Positions 55,449-64,000 of a DNA stretch of 64,000 nucleotides are shown here, piece after piece; within the stretch, counting starts at the first letter, position 1, and each line of letters starts with the position of its first letter. The position numbers and the translations under genes are program-made. Source of the DNA: a bacterium (GTDB lineage: Archaea > Aenigmatarchaeota > Aenigmatarchaeia > CG10238-14 > SCSR01); contig DAIDAX010000001.1 in NCBI GenBank assembly GCA_027310405.1, forward strand, positions 7,580-71,579. Direction: 5' to 3'. Under the pieces are notes generated by a model. It did no database searches and had not been told where the DNA came from. It was given only the letters and a program-made list of their open reading frames with translations.

Positions 55449-56123
55449 TCACAAAGGAATTCTTTCGACTGACATTTTTGATGTGTCAATTGAATATAAT
55501 CTATCGAGATGTGCGTGCTCAAATTGTCTTTCATTAAGTGGAGGACTGTCGTAAACGGTTCTTGTGGTCGACATCATCAATTCAAGCATTGTTTTTCTAG
55601 GATCTCTTTTTCGAAAATCTTCATGAAAATATTGCAAAGCCGGCATCACCAAATCCAAATTTGTTGCAGGTGTTGTCGTAACTGCCAGTCCAAAATGTTT
55701 AGAATGCCCGTTGTAACTGTACCTCACAATTTTTCCAATTACTCTCGCCAGCTGAGCTTCATCCTCTGTAATTTTTTTCTCCAAAATTAACAAAGAAGGA
55801 ATCGTTCCAGTTTCTACTTCGATTAGCTCGCTGTAACCCGGATTGCTACAATACAAATCTCCCACTAAAACTTCGTGCTCGTCTGGTATTCTGCGTTCCA
55901 CTTCAACATTTAGACCTTCGGACAGTTTTTGCGCAGTCAAAATCAAAGCTGCTTTTGTCTGAATTATGTTTTTGGTAGTGTCGTCTCTTCTGGCAATCTC
56001 GACTAATCTGTTCTTTGCAGCAACAAGTTGTCTAAAACTTTCCCCAAGACCATATTTTTCATGCAATCTATTGGTCAGTGAGTCCAGAATAAATCGAAAA
56101 TCCTTCGAATAATGATTCGTCAT
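55449..56123 (-). CDS. PD-(D/E)XK-like nuclease-fold protein
   Basis: VEVER...GDLY...IEVETG...KIVRYS pattern. Confidence 0.55.
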   Translation of the reverse strand: MTNHYSKDFRFILDSLTNRLHEKYGLGESFRQLVAAKNRLVEIARRDDTTKNIIQTKAALILTAQKLSEGLNVEVERRIPDEHEVLVGDLYCSNPGYSELIEVETGTIPSLLILEKKITEDEAQLARVIGKIVRYSYNGHSKHFGLAVTTTPATNLDLVMPALQYFHEDFRKRDPRKTMLELMMSTTRTVYDSPPLNERQFEHAHLDRLYSIDTSKMSVERIPL

Positions 56124-56216
56124 CCTGCTTTAGATTTTGTAACAAAGAAATAAATTCTTATTTTTGAGATTAACCACAATTAATTAACTTTTACTTCACC
56201 AATTAAAAAGAGAGAA

Positions 56217-56927
56217 ATGATAATTGCAGCAACTAGCGACCTACATTTTCCAAAATACTACGACGAATTCATTGTTGCCTTGGATAAATTAGAGATAAAA
56301 CCTGATTTGTTCTTGCTCGCAGGAGATGTTGTTCACCGCGGAGATGAAGCTGAGTACGACAAGTTGTACAACATGCTTTTTGGAAAAATAAATTGTCCGA
56401 TAATTGCGGTTTTCGGCAACAACGAGTTTCAGGAAATTCGCGACAAAGTGAAAAACAAATACAAGGAAATAAAATTTTTGGACGACTCTAGCGCAGTGGT
56501 TGAATTTGGAAATTTTGTCGTCGGAATTTTCGGTTCGACAGGAAGTCTGGAGAATCCAACTCCATGGCAGAGAGCTAATGTTCCAAACATAGAGCGCACA
56601 TATCAGTATCGTCTGCAACTCGCCGAACAACAGTTGCACAGGATGATGAACGCAAATTTCAGAATTCTTTTGCTACACTATGCTCCGACTTACAGAACTT
56701 TGGAGGGAGAAAATCCAAGATTTTACTCGAGCATGGGAAATCAAGCTTTTGAAAATGTATTGAACAGAGAAAAACCGAACCTTGTCATTCATGGACATTC
56801 TCATCGCGGATTGAAACAGGCTTGGGTGGATACAGTTCCGGTATTCAATGTTGCTTTTCCTGTGAATCACGAAATCGTTGTCATCGACACAGATAAACTG
56901 AAACCAGGACTCGCGAAATTTGTATAA
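56217..56927 (+). CDS. metallophosphoesterase
   Basis: SDLH, LAGD, FGNNE, LLHYAP, HGHSH. Confidence 0.92.
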   Translation: MIIAATSDLHFPKYYDEFIVALDKLEIKPDLFLLAGDVVHRGDEAEYDKLYNMLFGKINCPIIAVFGNNEFQEIRDKVKNKYKEIKFLDDSSAVVEFGNFVVGIFGSTGSLENPTPWQRANVPNIERTYQYRLQLAEQQLHRMMNANFRILLLHYAPTYRTLEGENPRFYSSMGNQAFENVLNREKPNLVIHGHSHRGLKQAWVDTVPVFNVAFPVNHEIVVIDTDKLKPGLAKFV

Positions 56928-56941
56928 GTTATGTTGGTGCT

Positions 56942-57442
56942 TTATTTCATAACGAAATTGTAAATTTTTCTAAGTAGCAAAATCCAAGCTAACAGGAAAG
57001 AGAAAAATGAAATATACAACCCAGATAGCAAACTGATAATCATTAGTAAAGTCAAAAGCCAAAGACCCTTTGAGACCCTGTAACTTGAAACTATCGTGTG
57101 GTATGGTTGGAAAATAAATTGTGTTTGGATTGAAGATGAAGATTTTCCATATTTTCTTAGATTTCTTTCATCTGGCAGTTTTATTAAAAATATAGAAACT
57201 ATGGACAGCACAAACAAAACAAGGTAGAAAATTACAAAAGTGGTGGGAAGGTACGGGTTCTGTATAAAAGATTTTACAATCTGATTCTGTTGTGATATAT
57301 TGGTTTGGTTAGCGGTAAAATTCTGCAATATAGGTACTGCAATGAGTATGAGTGAGAAAATAAATAAAGAAGACAAAAATTGAAGCGATCCGATAAAAGT
57401 CAAAATCTTTGCTAAAACCAATGTCCAATCTCTCTTGCCCAT
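56942..57442 (-). CDS. hypothetical membrane protein
   Basis: Three to four hydrophobic segments. Confidence 0.6.
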   Translation of the reverse strand: MGKRDWTLVLAKILTFIGSLQFLSSLFIFSLILIAVPILQNFTANQTNISQQNQIVKSFIQNPYLPTTFVIFYLVLFVLSIVSIFLIKLPDERNLRKYGKSSSSIQTQFIFQPYHTIVSSYRVSKGLWLLTLLMIISLLSGLYISFFSFLLAWILLLRKIYNFVMK

Positions 57443-57486
57443 ACAATCCTTATTCTAAATTCATTTTTTCAACAATAAAAACTGAA

Positions 57487-57566
57487 AGATGTAGCCTCAT
57501 CTCGTGCTCCCGATATCAAAGCTGGATCTCTCCAATGCTCACCGAGGGCTTTTTGAAGATGAGGCA
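57487..57566 (-). ncRNA. candidate H/ACA-like small RNA
   Basis: 9-bp basal stem GCCTCATCT/AGATGAGGC followed by T-ACA; internal pocket; UGA/UGAU K-turn-like pair; TTTAAA box about 25 nt upstream. Confidence 0.55.
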
Positions 57567-57642
57567 AAAATTACTTTGTTCTCCAGAAATTTAAACGGCG
57601 TTATTTCCTAACGAATTTAAACGTAGAAAAGAAATTTTCTGT

Positions 57643-58131
57643 ATGGCTGGTGAACGAGTAAGTCTAAGTTGGTCACTAGTCTTTCTGGTCGGTTTGCTAC
57701 TGACACACTACGTGCTTGTACAGGGACTTTTTGGCGTGACTGAAACCATGGCCCTCTGGGTCTGGCTCGCTCTCGTCATAATTTCAACCTACCATATCGG
57801 AAAATCGATGGGCAAGGTTCCTGCTGAAAGCATGAAAGCTTGGTCGACTGCACTTGTTCTCTTCGTTGTGCTGGTCGGTTCGATGCTCCTAGGAATTTGG
57901 GGAGCCGGTCCTGGCACAGCTACTGTTGTGTTCTTCGCACTCTATTTCGTTCTCTTCGGTGGAGCGATGTTTGCGTCTGGACATGACTCGAAGAGAAGCG
58001 CTGGAACAAGTCTGGGCCTAATCTACGTCGCCTTGGGAATCGTCTTCCCTGGCTGGTTCGGTTCAGTTCCGTTCCTCGCAGCTGCTCTGCTAATCGGAAT
58101 TCCTCCACTCCTAAATCTATGGAAGAAATAA
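57643..58131 (+). CDS. multi-pass membrane protein
   Basis: About 6 TM segments, Gly-rich. Confidence 0.75.
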   Translation: MAGERVSLSWSLVFLVGLLLTHYVLVQGLFGVTETMALWVWLALVIISTYHIGKSMGKVPAESMKAWSTALVLFVVLVGSMLLGIWGAGPGTATVVFFALYFVLFGGAMFASGHDSKRSAGTSLGLIYVALGIVFPGWFGSVPFLAAALLIGIPPLLNLWKK

Positions 58132-58211
58132 ACCAGAAAGCTTTGAAAAATTTTTTCTTTTCTTTTCTTCTTTCCAAAAAGCTTTTATAAAGTCTACAGC
58201 CCAAATAATTC

Positions 58212-58290
58212 TTTGGTGCGAAAGATGAAAGGTGAATGTCGGGTACTGCACTGATTCTTACTTTATCTATTCGTATCTCCAAAATTTTTT
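58212..58290 (+). promoter_or_regulatory. long hairpin plus U-tract upstream of valS (leader or sRNA)
   Basis: GGTGCGAA/TTCGTATC, AGAT/ATCT, AAAG/CTTT and GAAT/ATTC pairings, then TTTTTT; TTTTATAAA box at about 58183-58191. Confidence 0.5.
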
Positions 58291-58305
58291 CAACGGTGAT
58301 TCGCG

Positions 58306-60630
58306 ATGAGCTTTGAGCCGAAGTTAAAAGAAACTCGCTGGAACATTTCTCATGAGAAAGAAATTTTCGCTAATTGGCAGAAGGAGAAAATTTTCAGATT
58401 TGATCCGAACGCAAAGAAAATATTTTCAATCGACACTCCACCGCCTTATCCGAGCGGAAAACCTTGGCACATTGGAGCCGCGGCACACTACTCGCAAATC
58501 GACATGATTGCACGAACAGCAAGAATGTTGGGATTCGAAACATATTTTCCAATCGGTATCGACAGAAACGGAATTCCAGTGGAAAGACACACTGAGAAAA
58601 AATTCGGAATAAGAATGCAAGATACTCCACGAGAAAAATTCATCGAACTTTGCAAGACTGCGCTCGACGACACAGAAGCTTACATGATTCAGATTATGAA
58701 AGATATGGGACTATCTGGAGATTTTGAAAATTATTACAGAACCGACTGGGACGAGTACAGAAAACTAACACAATCTACTTTCATCAAACTTTGGAACGAA
58801 GGATTGATTTACGAAGCGACTAGACCGAACAACTATTGCAAGGACTGCAGAACAACAATTGCGGATGCTGACATAACTTACGAAGACAGAGAATCGGATC
58901 TGATCTACATAAAGTTCAAAATTAAAGAAACTGGAGAAGATTTGATAATTGCAACTACTCGTCCAGAATTAATTTGTGCATGCCAAGCGATTATCTACAA
59001 TCCGAAAGATGAACGTTACACAAATCTGAAAAATTTGCACTCAATTTCTCCAATCTACAACAAAACAATTCCAATTCTTGCACATTCCGAAGCTGATCCG
59101 AACTTTGGAACTGGCACGATGATGATTTGTAGTTATGGAGATTACGAAGATGTGAGACTTTTTCGAGAATTGAAACTGAAAGAAATCATTGCTATTGACG
59201 AGAATGGATTGATGACAAAAAGTGCTGGACTTTATTCCGAAATGCCGATTAAAGAAGCGAGAGCAAGAGTAATTGAGGAATTACAAAATTCTGGATTGAT
59301 AACAAAACGGGAACACATAATGCACAGAACTCCGATCTGCGATAGAAGTCTGACAGAGATAGAAATTATTCCGATGAAAGAATTTTACTTGAAACAACTC
59401 CCACTCAAGAAAAAACTTTTGCAACTGCAGAAAAAAATAAAATTCCATCCAGAGTTTCACAGACAAAGATTGATAGATTGGATAAACTCGATAACAATCG
59501 ACTGGCCGATCTCTCGTCGGAGATTTTATGCAACCGAGATTCCGCTCTGGTATTGTTCGAACGGACACGCTTGCACTCCGAAACCAGGAAAATATTATCA
59601 ACCGTGGAGAGAAAATCCTCCATTCAAAAAATGCGAAAAATGCAACAGCACTCAGTTCATCGGAGAAGACAGAACATTCGATACTTGGTTTGACTCAGGA
59701 ATTTCTGCGCTCTTCATTGCAAAATTTGGAAAAGATGAGAAATTTTTCAACAAAATTTTCCCGACAACAATACGACCGCAAGGAAAAGACATCATCCGAA
59801 CCTGGCTATATTATTCAATTCTTCGCTGTTTCCAACTGACGAAAAAAATTCCATGGAAGCACGCGTGGATAATGGGGTACGGTGTGGACGAGAAAGGGGA
59901 GAAGATGAGCAAGAGTAAAGGCAATGTAATCGATCCTGCGCCGATTCTCGAAAAATATGGAGCGGATAATTTCAGATTTTGGAATGCTGCAGAGGCGAGT
60001 CTCGGTCAAGATTTCAGAAGTTCAGAACAGAGAATACAGACTGCTTCGAAATTTTTGACAAAGCTGTGGAACATTTCCAGATATATTTCGATATTCCCAA
60101 AACCGAAGACAACAAAATTGACTGACACTGACAAATGGATTCTCTCGGAGCTCAACAGAACAATAAAGGAAAGTTTGGAAGGCTACGAAGATTTCAATTT
60201 CTTCATCCCCGCAACGAAGATTCGCGAATTTGCTTGGAACATTTTTGCAGATCACTATTTAGAAATGTGTAAAGCTCGTGCATATGGAGAAGGATTTACA
60301 AAAGCAGAACAAGAATCTGCGTGGTTTACGCTTCACACATGTCTGGAATCAATTCTCGAATTGCTTGCGCCAATTTGTCCATTCATCACAGATTTTATCT
60401 CTAGACAACTTTATCACAAAACAAGTATTCATGATGAACATTTTCCAAAAGCAACATGGAAATTCAATTATTCAAAGTTTACTTCGAAAATTTTGGAGTT
60501 CAATTCGAAAATTTGGAATGAGAAGAAACTGAAAAATTTGTCACTAAAAGATGAAATTAAAACTGAAATTTCAAAAGAGTTGAAGATTTTCGAGAAAGAT
60601 TTGAAAGCGATGCACAAAATTAAAGTTTAA
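58306..60630 (+). CDS. valS: valine--tRNA ligase
   Basis: DTPPPYPSG..HIG, ATTRPE, DWPISRRR, DTWFDS, KMSKS. Confidence 0.97.
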   Translation: MSFEPKLKETRWNISHEKEIFANWQKEKIFRFDPNAKKIFSIDTPPPYPSGKPWHIGAAAHYSQIDMIARTARMLGFETYFPIGIDRNGIPVERHTEKKFGIRMQDTPREKFIELCKTALDDTEAYMIQIMKDMGLSGDFENYYRTDWDEYRKLTQSTFIKLWNEGLIYEATRPNNYCKDCRTTIADADITYEDRESDLIYIKFKIKETGEDLIIATTRPELICACQAIIYNPKDERYTNLKNLHSISPIYNKTIPILAHSEADPNFGTGTMMICSYGDYEDVRLFRELKLKEIIAIDENGLMTKSAGLYSEMPIKEARARVIEELQNSGLITKREHIMHRTPICDRSLTEIEIIPMKEFYLKQLPLKKKLLQLQKKIKFHPEFHRQRLIDWINSITIDWPISRRRFYATEIPLWYCSNGHACTPKPGKYYQPWRENPPFKKCEKCNSTQFIGEDRTFDTWFDSGISALFIAKFGKDEKFFNKIFPTTIRPQGKDIIRTWLYYSILRCFQLTKKIPWKHAWIMGYGVDEKGEKMSKSKGNVIDPAPILEKYGADNFRFWNAAEASLGQDFRSSEQRIQTASKFLTKLWNISRYISIFPKPKTTKLTDTDKWILSELNRTIKESLEGYEDFNFFIPATKIREFAWNIFADHYLEMCKARAYGEGFTKAEQESAWFTLHTCLESILELLAPICPFITDFISRQLYHKTSIHDEHFPKATWKFNYSKFTSKILEFNSKIWNEKKLKNLSLKDEIKTEISKELKIFEKDLKAMHKIKV

Positions 60631-60680
60631 AACACAAATGTTTTATATAGAAGTTTTTAATTAAATTCCATGTGATTGGA

Positions 60681-61973
60681 GTGAAGAACAAATTCGAAAA
60701 GCAAAAAGAAAACTTAAATTCTTTTACTCGTAATTCTATTTTTCTCTGACAGAAGGGATCAAAATTTAACCAAGAAGCATTGTTCAAACTAAGAAAATTG
60801 GTTCGCGAGCTGGAGCAGTACAAAGGAAGGCACACAGAACTCGTTTCAGTTTACGTACCATCTGGCGGAAATCTAATCGATTCGATAAACCAGCTTGAGA
60901 ATGAAAAATCTACAGCATCAAACATCAAATCGAAAGCGACGAGAAAAAATGTTTTGTCGGCTCTGGAAAAAATTATTCAACATTTGCGAACGTTTAGAAA
61001 AACTCCAGACAACGGTCTTGTTGTGTTTGCTGGAAATATTTCTCCAACTGAAGGCAGAGAAGATATTCGTCTCTGGAGCTTTGAACCTCCTGAAAAAATG
61101 ACAACGAAAGTTTACTGGTGCGATCAGGTTTTTGTTTTGAATCCGCTAAAAGATTTGACAAAAGAGAAAGAAATCTATGGGCTCATCGTTCTTGATGCAA
61201 ATGAGGCGACAGTAGGTTTGCTTTCTGGAAAACGGACAATTGTTTTGAAAAAACTTGAAGGAAACGTTCCGGGAAAAACTGTGAAAGGTGGAATGTCTCA
61301 AATGCGTTACGATCGTTTGCGTGAAGATGCATTAAATGAATTTCTCACAAAAATTGGTGAAGTTGCAACAAAATCTTTTCTCGAGCAAGAAAATCTCAAG
61401 GGAATTCTCATAGGTGGACCTGGCCCAGTGAAAGAAAAACTTGCGGAGAAAGATTACATTCATTATCAACTGAAGCAGAAACTTTTGGGAGTCAAAGATA
61501 TCGGTTATACTGACGAGTACGGGTTGGAAGAACTTGTCCAGCGTTCTCAGGACTTGCTTGCTGCCGCAGCGATTTCAAAAGAACATGAGTTGATGCAGAA
61601 ATTTTTCACGATGTTGAATAAGGAAGGAAATGTTGCATACGGCTACACTGAAGTGAAGAAAGCTCTAGAGATGAATGCAGTCGACACTCTTTTGATTAGC
61701 GAACAGTTTGACTGGGTGCATGTCGATTTTCGCTGTCCGAACAATCACAATGTCGAAATGGATTTGCCGAAGACTGAAATAAAAAATCAAACTTGCGACG
61801 TATGTGGAAATAAATATTCACCGGTTGAAGTCAGAGAACTTGCAGACGACTTGACTGAACAAGCTATTGAACATGGCGCAAAAGTAGAATTAATTTCTAC
61901 AGATACTCCTGAAGGTAAACAACTAAAACAAATCGGTGGAGTTGGTGCCTTTTTGCGTTTCAAGATCGATTAA
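60681..61973 (+). CDS. prf1: peptide chain release factor aRF1 (continuous ORF from TTG 60780; in-frame GTG leader interrupted by TGA at 60747)
   Basis: KGRHTELVSVY, TASNIKS, YWCDQVF, GGPG, GGVGAFLRF; the GGQ position reads GGMSQ. Identity is certain, start site is not. Confidence 0.93.
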
Positions 61974-61979
61974 GCTAAT

Positions 61980-62732
61980 TCAAGAAATGAAAATTTTTGT
62001 ACCATTTTCATCTATCGAATGTTCTATTTTTGAAATCGGTTCATTGCGCAATTCCGACAACAATTTTAGAGTGTAGCTAACATTTTGGGGAACATTTGGT
62101 TTTCCTTCTATTGGAGAATTGAATGGAGAATCTGTTTCTGTTAAAAGATGTTGCAGATTAAAACTTTTTCCAATTTTTCTCAAATTCTTCGAAGTTGCTA
62201 TCGTAGTAGGAATAGAAATGTAATATCCTTTCTCAATTATCTTTTGTGCAAGTGTTACATTTCCAGAATAATGATGAAATACAACGTTGCGAAATTTTCT
62301 TTGCGAAACTATATCGAAGACATCTTCCTCGGCTTTACGCGAATGTAAAACTATTGGCATATTGAATTCCTCAGCAATGTCTAAACTTTTTTCGAAAATC
62401 TTTTTGCATTTTTCATTTTGTTTTTCATTCTGAACCCATTTGTAATCTAGACCAATTTCTCCAACAGCTACAATATTGTCTGCATTGTTCTGAATAAAAT
62501 CCAAACTTTTTTGTATATCATTGTCGTTCATTTCGACAATATCTTCAGGATGTACTCCAAGAGATGTAAAAACAAATCCTTCGTTCTTTTTTGCAATCTC
62601 CAGAGTTTTTTCATAATCTCTAGTCAAACCGCTAGTTACAACAAATTTCATCGAATTTTTCGCTTCATTCAACACTTCGTCTACAATTTCTACTAAACCT
62701 TTAAATGCCAGATGGCAGTGCGCGTCAATCAT
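61980..62732 (-). CDS. tatD: TatD family hydrolase
   Basis: IDAHCHL, GVHP, VGEIGLD, LHSR, ETDSPF. Confidence 0.94.
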   Translation of the reverse strand: MIDAHCHLAFKGLVEIVDEVLNEAKNSMKFVVTSGLTRDYEKTLEIAKKNEGFVFTSLGVHPEDIVEMNDNDIQKSLDFIQNNADNIVAVGEIGLDYKWVQNEKQNEKCKKIFEKSLDIAEEFNMPIVLHSRKAEEDVFDIVSQRKFRNVVFHHYSGNVTLAQKIIEKGYYISIPTTIATSKNLRKIGKSFNLQHLLTETDSPFNSPIEGKPNVPQNVSYTLKLLSELRNEPISKIEHSIDENGTKIFIS

Positions 62733-62768
62733 CAAAATTATTTATTTTCTAAAAATAAAAATTATTAA

Positions 62769-63413
62769 ATGTCTTTACTGGAAACAATTTTTGGCGAGCC
62801 AAAATACGACTATCCTTCAAGCAGATTCGAGCATCACGTGAAGAAAACAGTAAAAAATATTCAAAAATTACACTGGAGATATCAGAATGTAGTTTACATC
62901 GCTGCAAGTCTTGGTCTCGCATATGTAATTTTGATTAGCGGAATCGTGAATTACATTGGAGATCTCGGAAGTATTGGATATGCAAGTAGTTTTATATTCG
63001 GTCTCATGGTAGCATATGGAGCAACTACAGCTCCTGCTGCTGTTAGTCTTTTCATGCTTGGAAAAGAATTCAACCCAGTCTTCGTTGCTTTGTTAGCAGC
63101 TGTTGGAGCAACAATAACGGATGCGATATTGTTTCGTTTCATAAAATCTCAATGGACACCACACATAGAGAACGTTTTAAAATTTTTCAAAATACGTTGG
63201 CGTATAATCATTCTCAAAGTTGAGAAGTCAAAACTTTTTCAAGTGTTAATACCAGTCGCAGCTGGACTTGTCATTGCATCTCCTCTCCCGAATGAACTTG
63301 CAGTTTTTCTTTTGGGCACTGTGAAATACGACACAAAGCATTTCATGATGCTTGCTTATGTCTTTCATTTTATAGGAATCCTGGCAATCGTAATGTTAGG
63401 AAACGTTACATAA
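62769..63413 (+). CDS. membrane protein (VTT/DedA-like)
   Basis: AAVGATITD..LFRF, IASPLPNE; multi-TM. Confidence 0.7.
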   Translation: MSLLETIFGEPKYDYPSSRFEHHVKKTVKNIQKLHWRYQNVVYIAASLGLAYVILISGIVNYIGDLGSIGYASSFIFGLMVAYGATTAPAAVSLFMLGKEFNPVFVALLAAVGATITDAILFRFIKSQWTPHIENVLKFFKIRWRIIILKVEKSKLFQVLIPVAAGLVIASPLPNELAVFLLGTVKYDTKHFMMLAYVFHFIGILAIVMLGNVT

Positions 63414-63416
63414 AAT

Positions 63417-63803
63417 TTATTTTTCTTGCAACTTTATCGCGTTTGCAATTCCACTTTGGCTTGGCCTAGAAGTTATTTTTGCCTTGCCGATTTCCGTCTG
63501 AACTATCGCGCCTTGCGTGATTATTTTTCTTCGAGGAAAGTTTGGATTCGCTGCATTTTCAAGAACGTCTAGAATTTTTACTTTCTTCGTGGTTTTTGTA
63601 GAAGGATCGATAACGTTGACGAACTCCACAGAGAAAGCGCGTAATTTTTTTCCTCCACCCTTAGTTTCGACTTTTCGAATTATTTTTTTACCAATAGCAG
63701 TAAATGTCGGTAAACTACCAAGTTCGTATTTTCTTTTCTTCTTTTGGAGATTAATTTTTCCACCAGTCTTTTTTCTCCCATGTTCACCGTGCCAAATTGC
63801 CAT
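63417..63803 (-). CDS. rps8e: 30S ribosomal protein S8e
   Basis: RKKTGGK...KKRKYELG, NPNF.RR.IIT.G, TSRPSQSG. Confidence 0.96.
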   Translation of the reverse strand: MAIWHGEHGRKKTGGKINLQKKKRKYELGSLPTFTAIGKKIIRKVETKGGGKKLRAFSVEFVNVIDPSTKTTKKVKILDVLENAANPNFPRRKIITQGAIVQTEIGKAKITSRPSQSGIANAIKLQEK

Positions 63804-63856
63804 ACCTAACACTTAGCTTCGTAACTTATTTAAATTTACATACGAAGTTTGAATTT

Positions 63857-64000
63857 ATGGGGCAATCGGATTACAGGACATCTGATGAAATAAAACGTGA
63901 TATACTGAAATCTTTACGTAGGCGTACACCTTTCACAAAACTTTTGCGAAGATCACACGCCTCGTATACTTCGATGTGCGAATACTTGGGTTCGTTATTG
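63857..64000 (+). CDS. winged-helix protein (HTH_45-like), 3' partial
   Basis: Translated by hand: MGQSDYRTSDEIKRDILKSLRRRTPFTKLLRRSHASYTSMCEYLGSLL... Confidence 0.55.
   Translation, partial: MGQSDYRTSDEIKRDILKSLRRRTPFTKLLRRSHASYTSMCEYLGSLL

Noticed and set aside
60747-60749. Genome-wide UGA reassignment or selenocysteine as the explanation for the aRF1 leader TGA
   Set aside because: TGA ends conserved genes at expected positions (rps4e, rpl5, rpl44e, cysS), Trp uses TGG, and the context is not a redox motif.
1-64000. CRISPR array, rRNA, transposase or integrase
   Set aside because: No regularly spaced repeats, rRNA-like tracts or recognisable DDE/tyrosine recombinase motifs were seen.

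Overview
Compact, AT-rich archaeal chromosome segment, very probably from a DPANN archaeon (inferred from the fused PriS-PriL primase, archaeal ribosomal proteins and tight gene packing; Aenigmarchaeota-like is a guess). It holds part of the S10/spc ribosomal cluster, five aminoacyl-tRNA synthetases (SerRS, TyrRS, CysRS, split MetRS, ValRS), replication genes (PCNA, GINS, primase), lower glycolysis (ApgM, enolase, PEP synthase), nucleotide salvage genes, seven tRNAs and many orphan ORFs, often winged-helix, wedged between core genes. The most notable signals are: (1) the release factor aRF1 gene has a GTG-initiated in-frame leader interrupted by a UGA-C stop, suggesting stop-codon-dependent autoregulation, and its universal GGQ motif reads GGM-SQ; (2) a tRNA-Glu(TTC) with three BHB introns sits next to a free-standing LAGLIDADG endonuclease; (3) orphan genes are translationally coupled inside conserved ribosomal operons; (4) divergent enzyme paralogs (proteasome-beta-like, tandem ThyX-like, LigD/AEP-like); (5) candidate structured RNAs (H/ACA-like sRNA, valS leader hairpin). 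No CRISPR array, rRNA or transposase was seen. All calls come from reading the sequence; no database searches were run.
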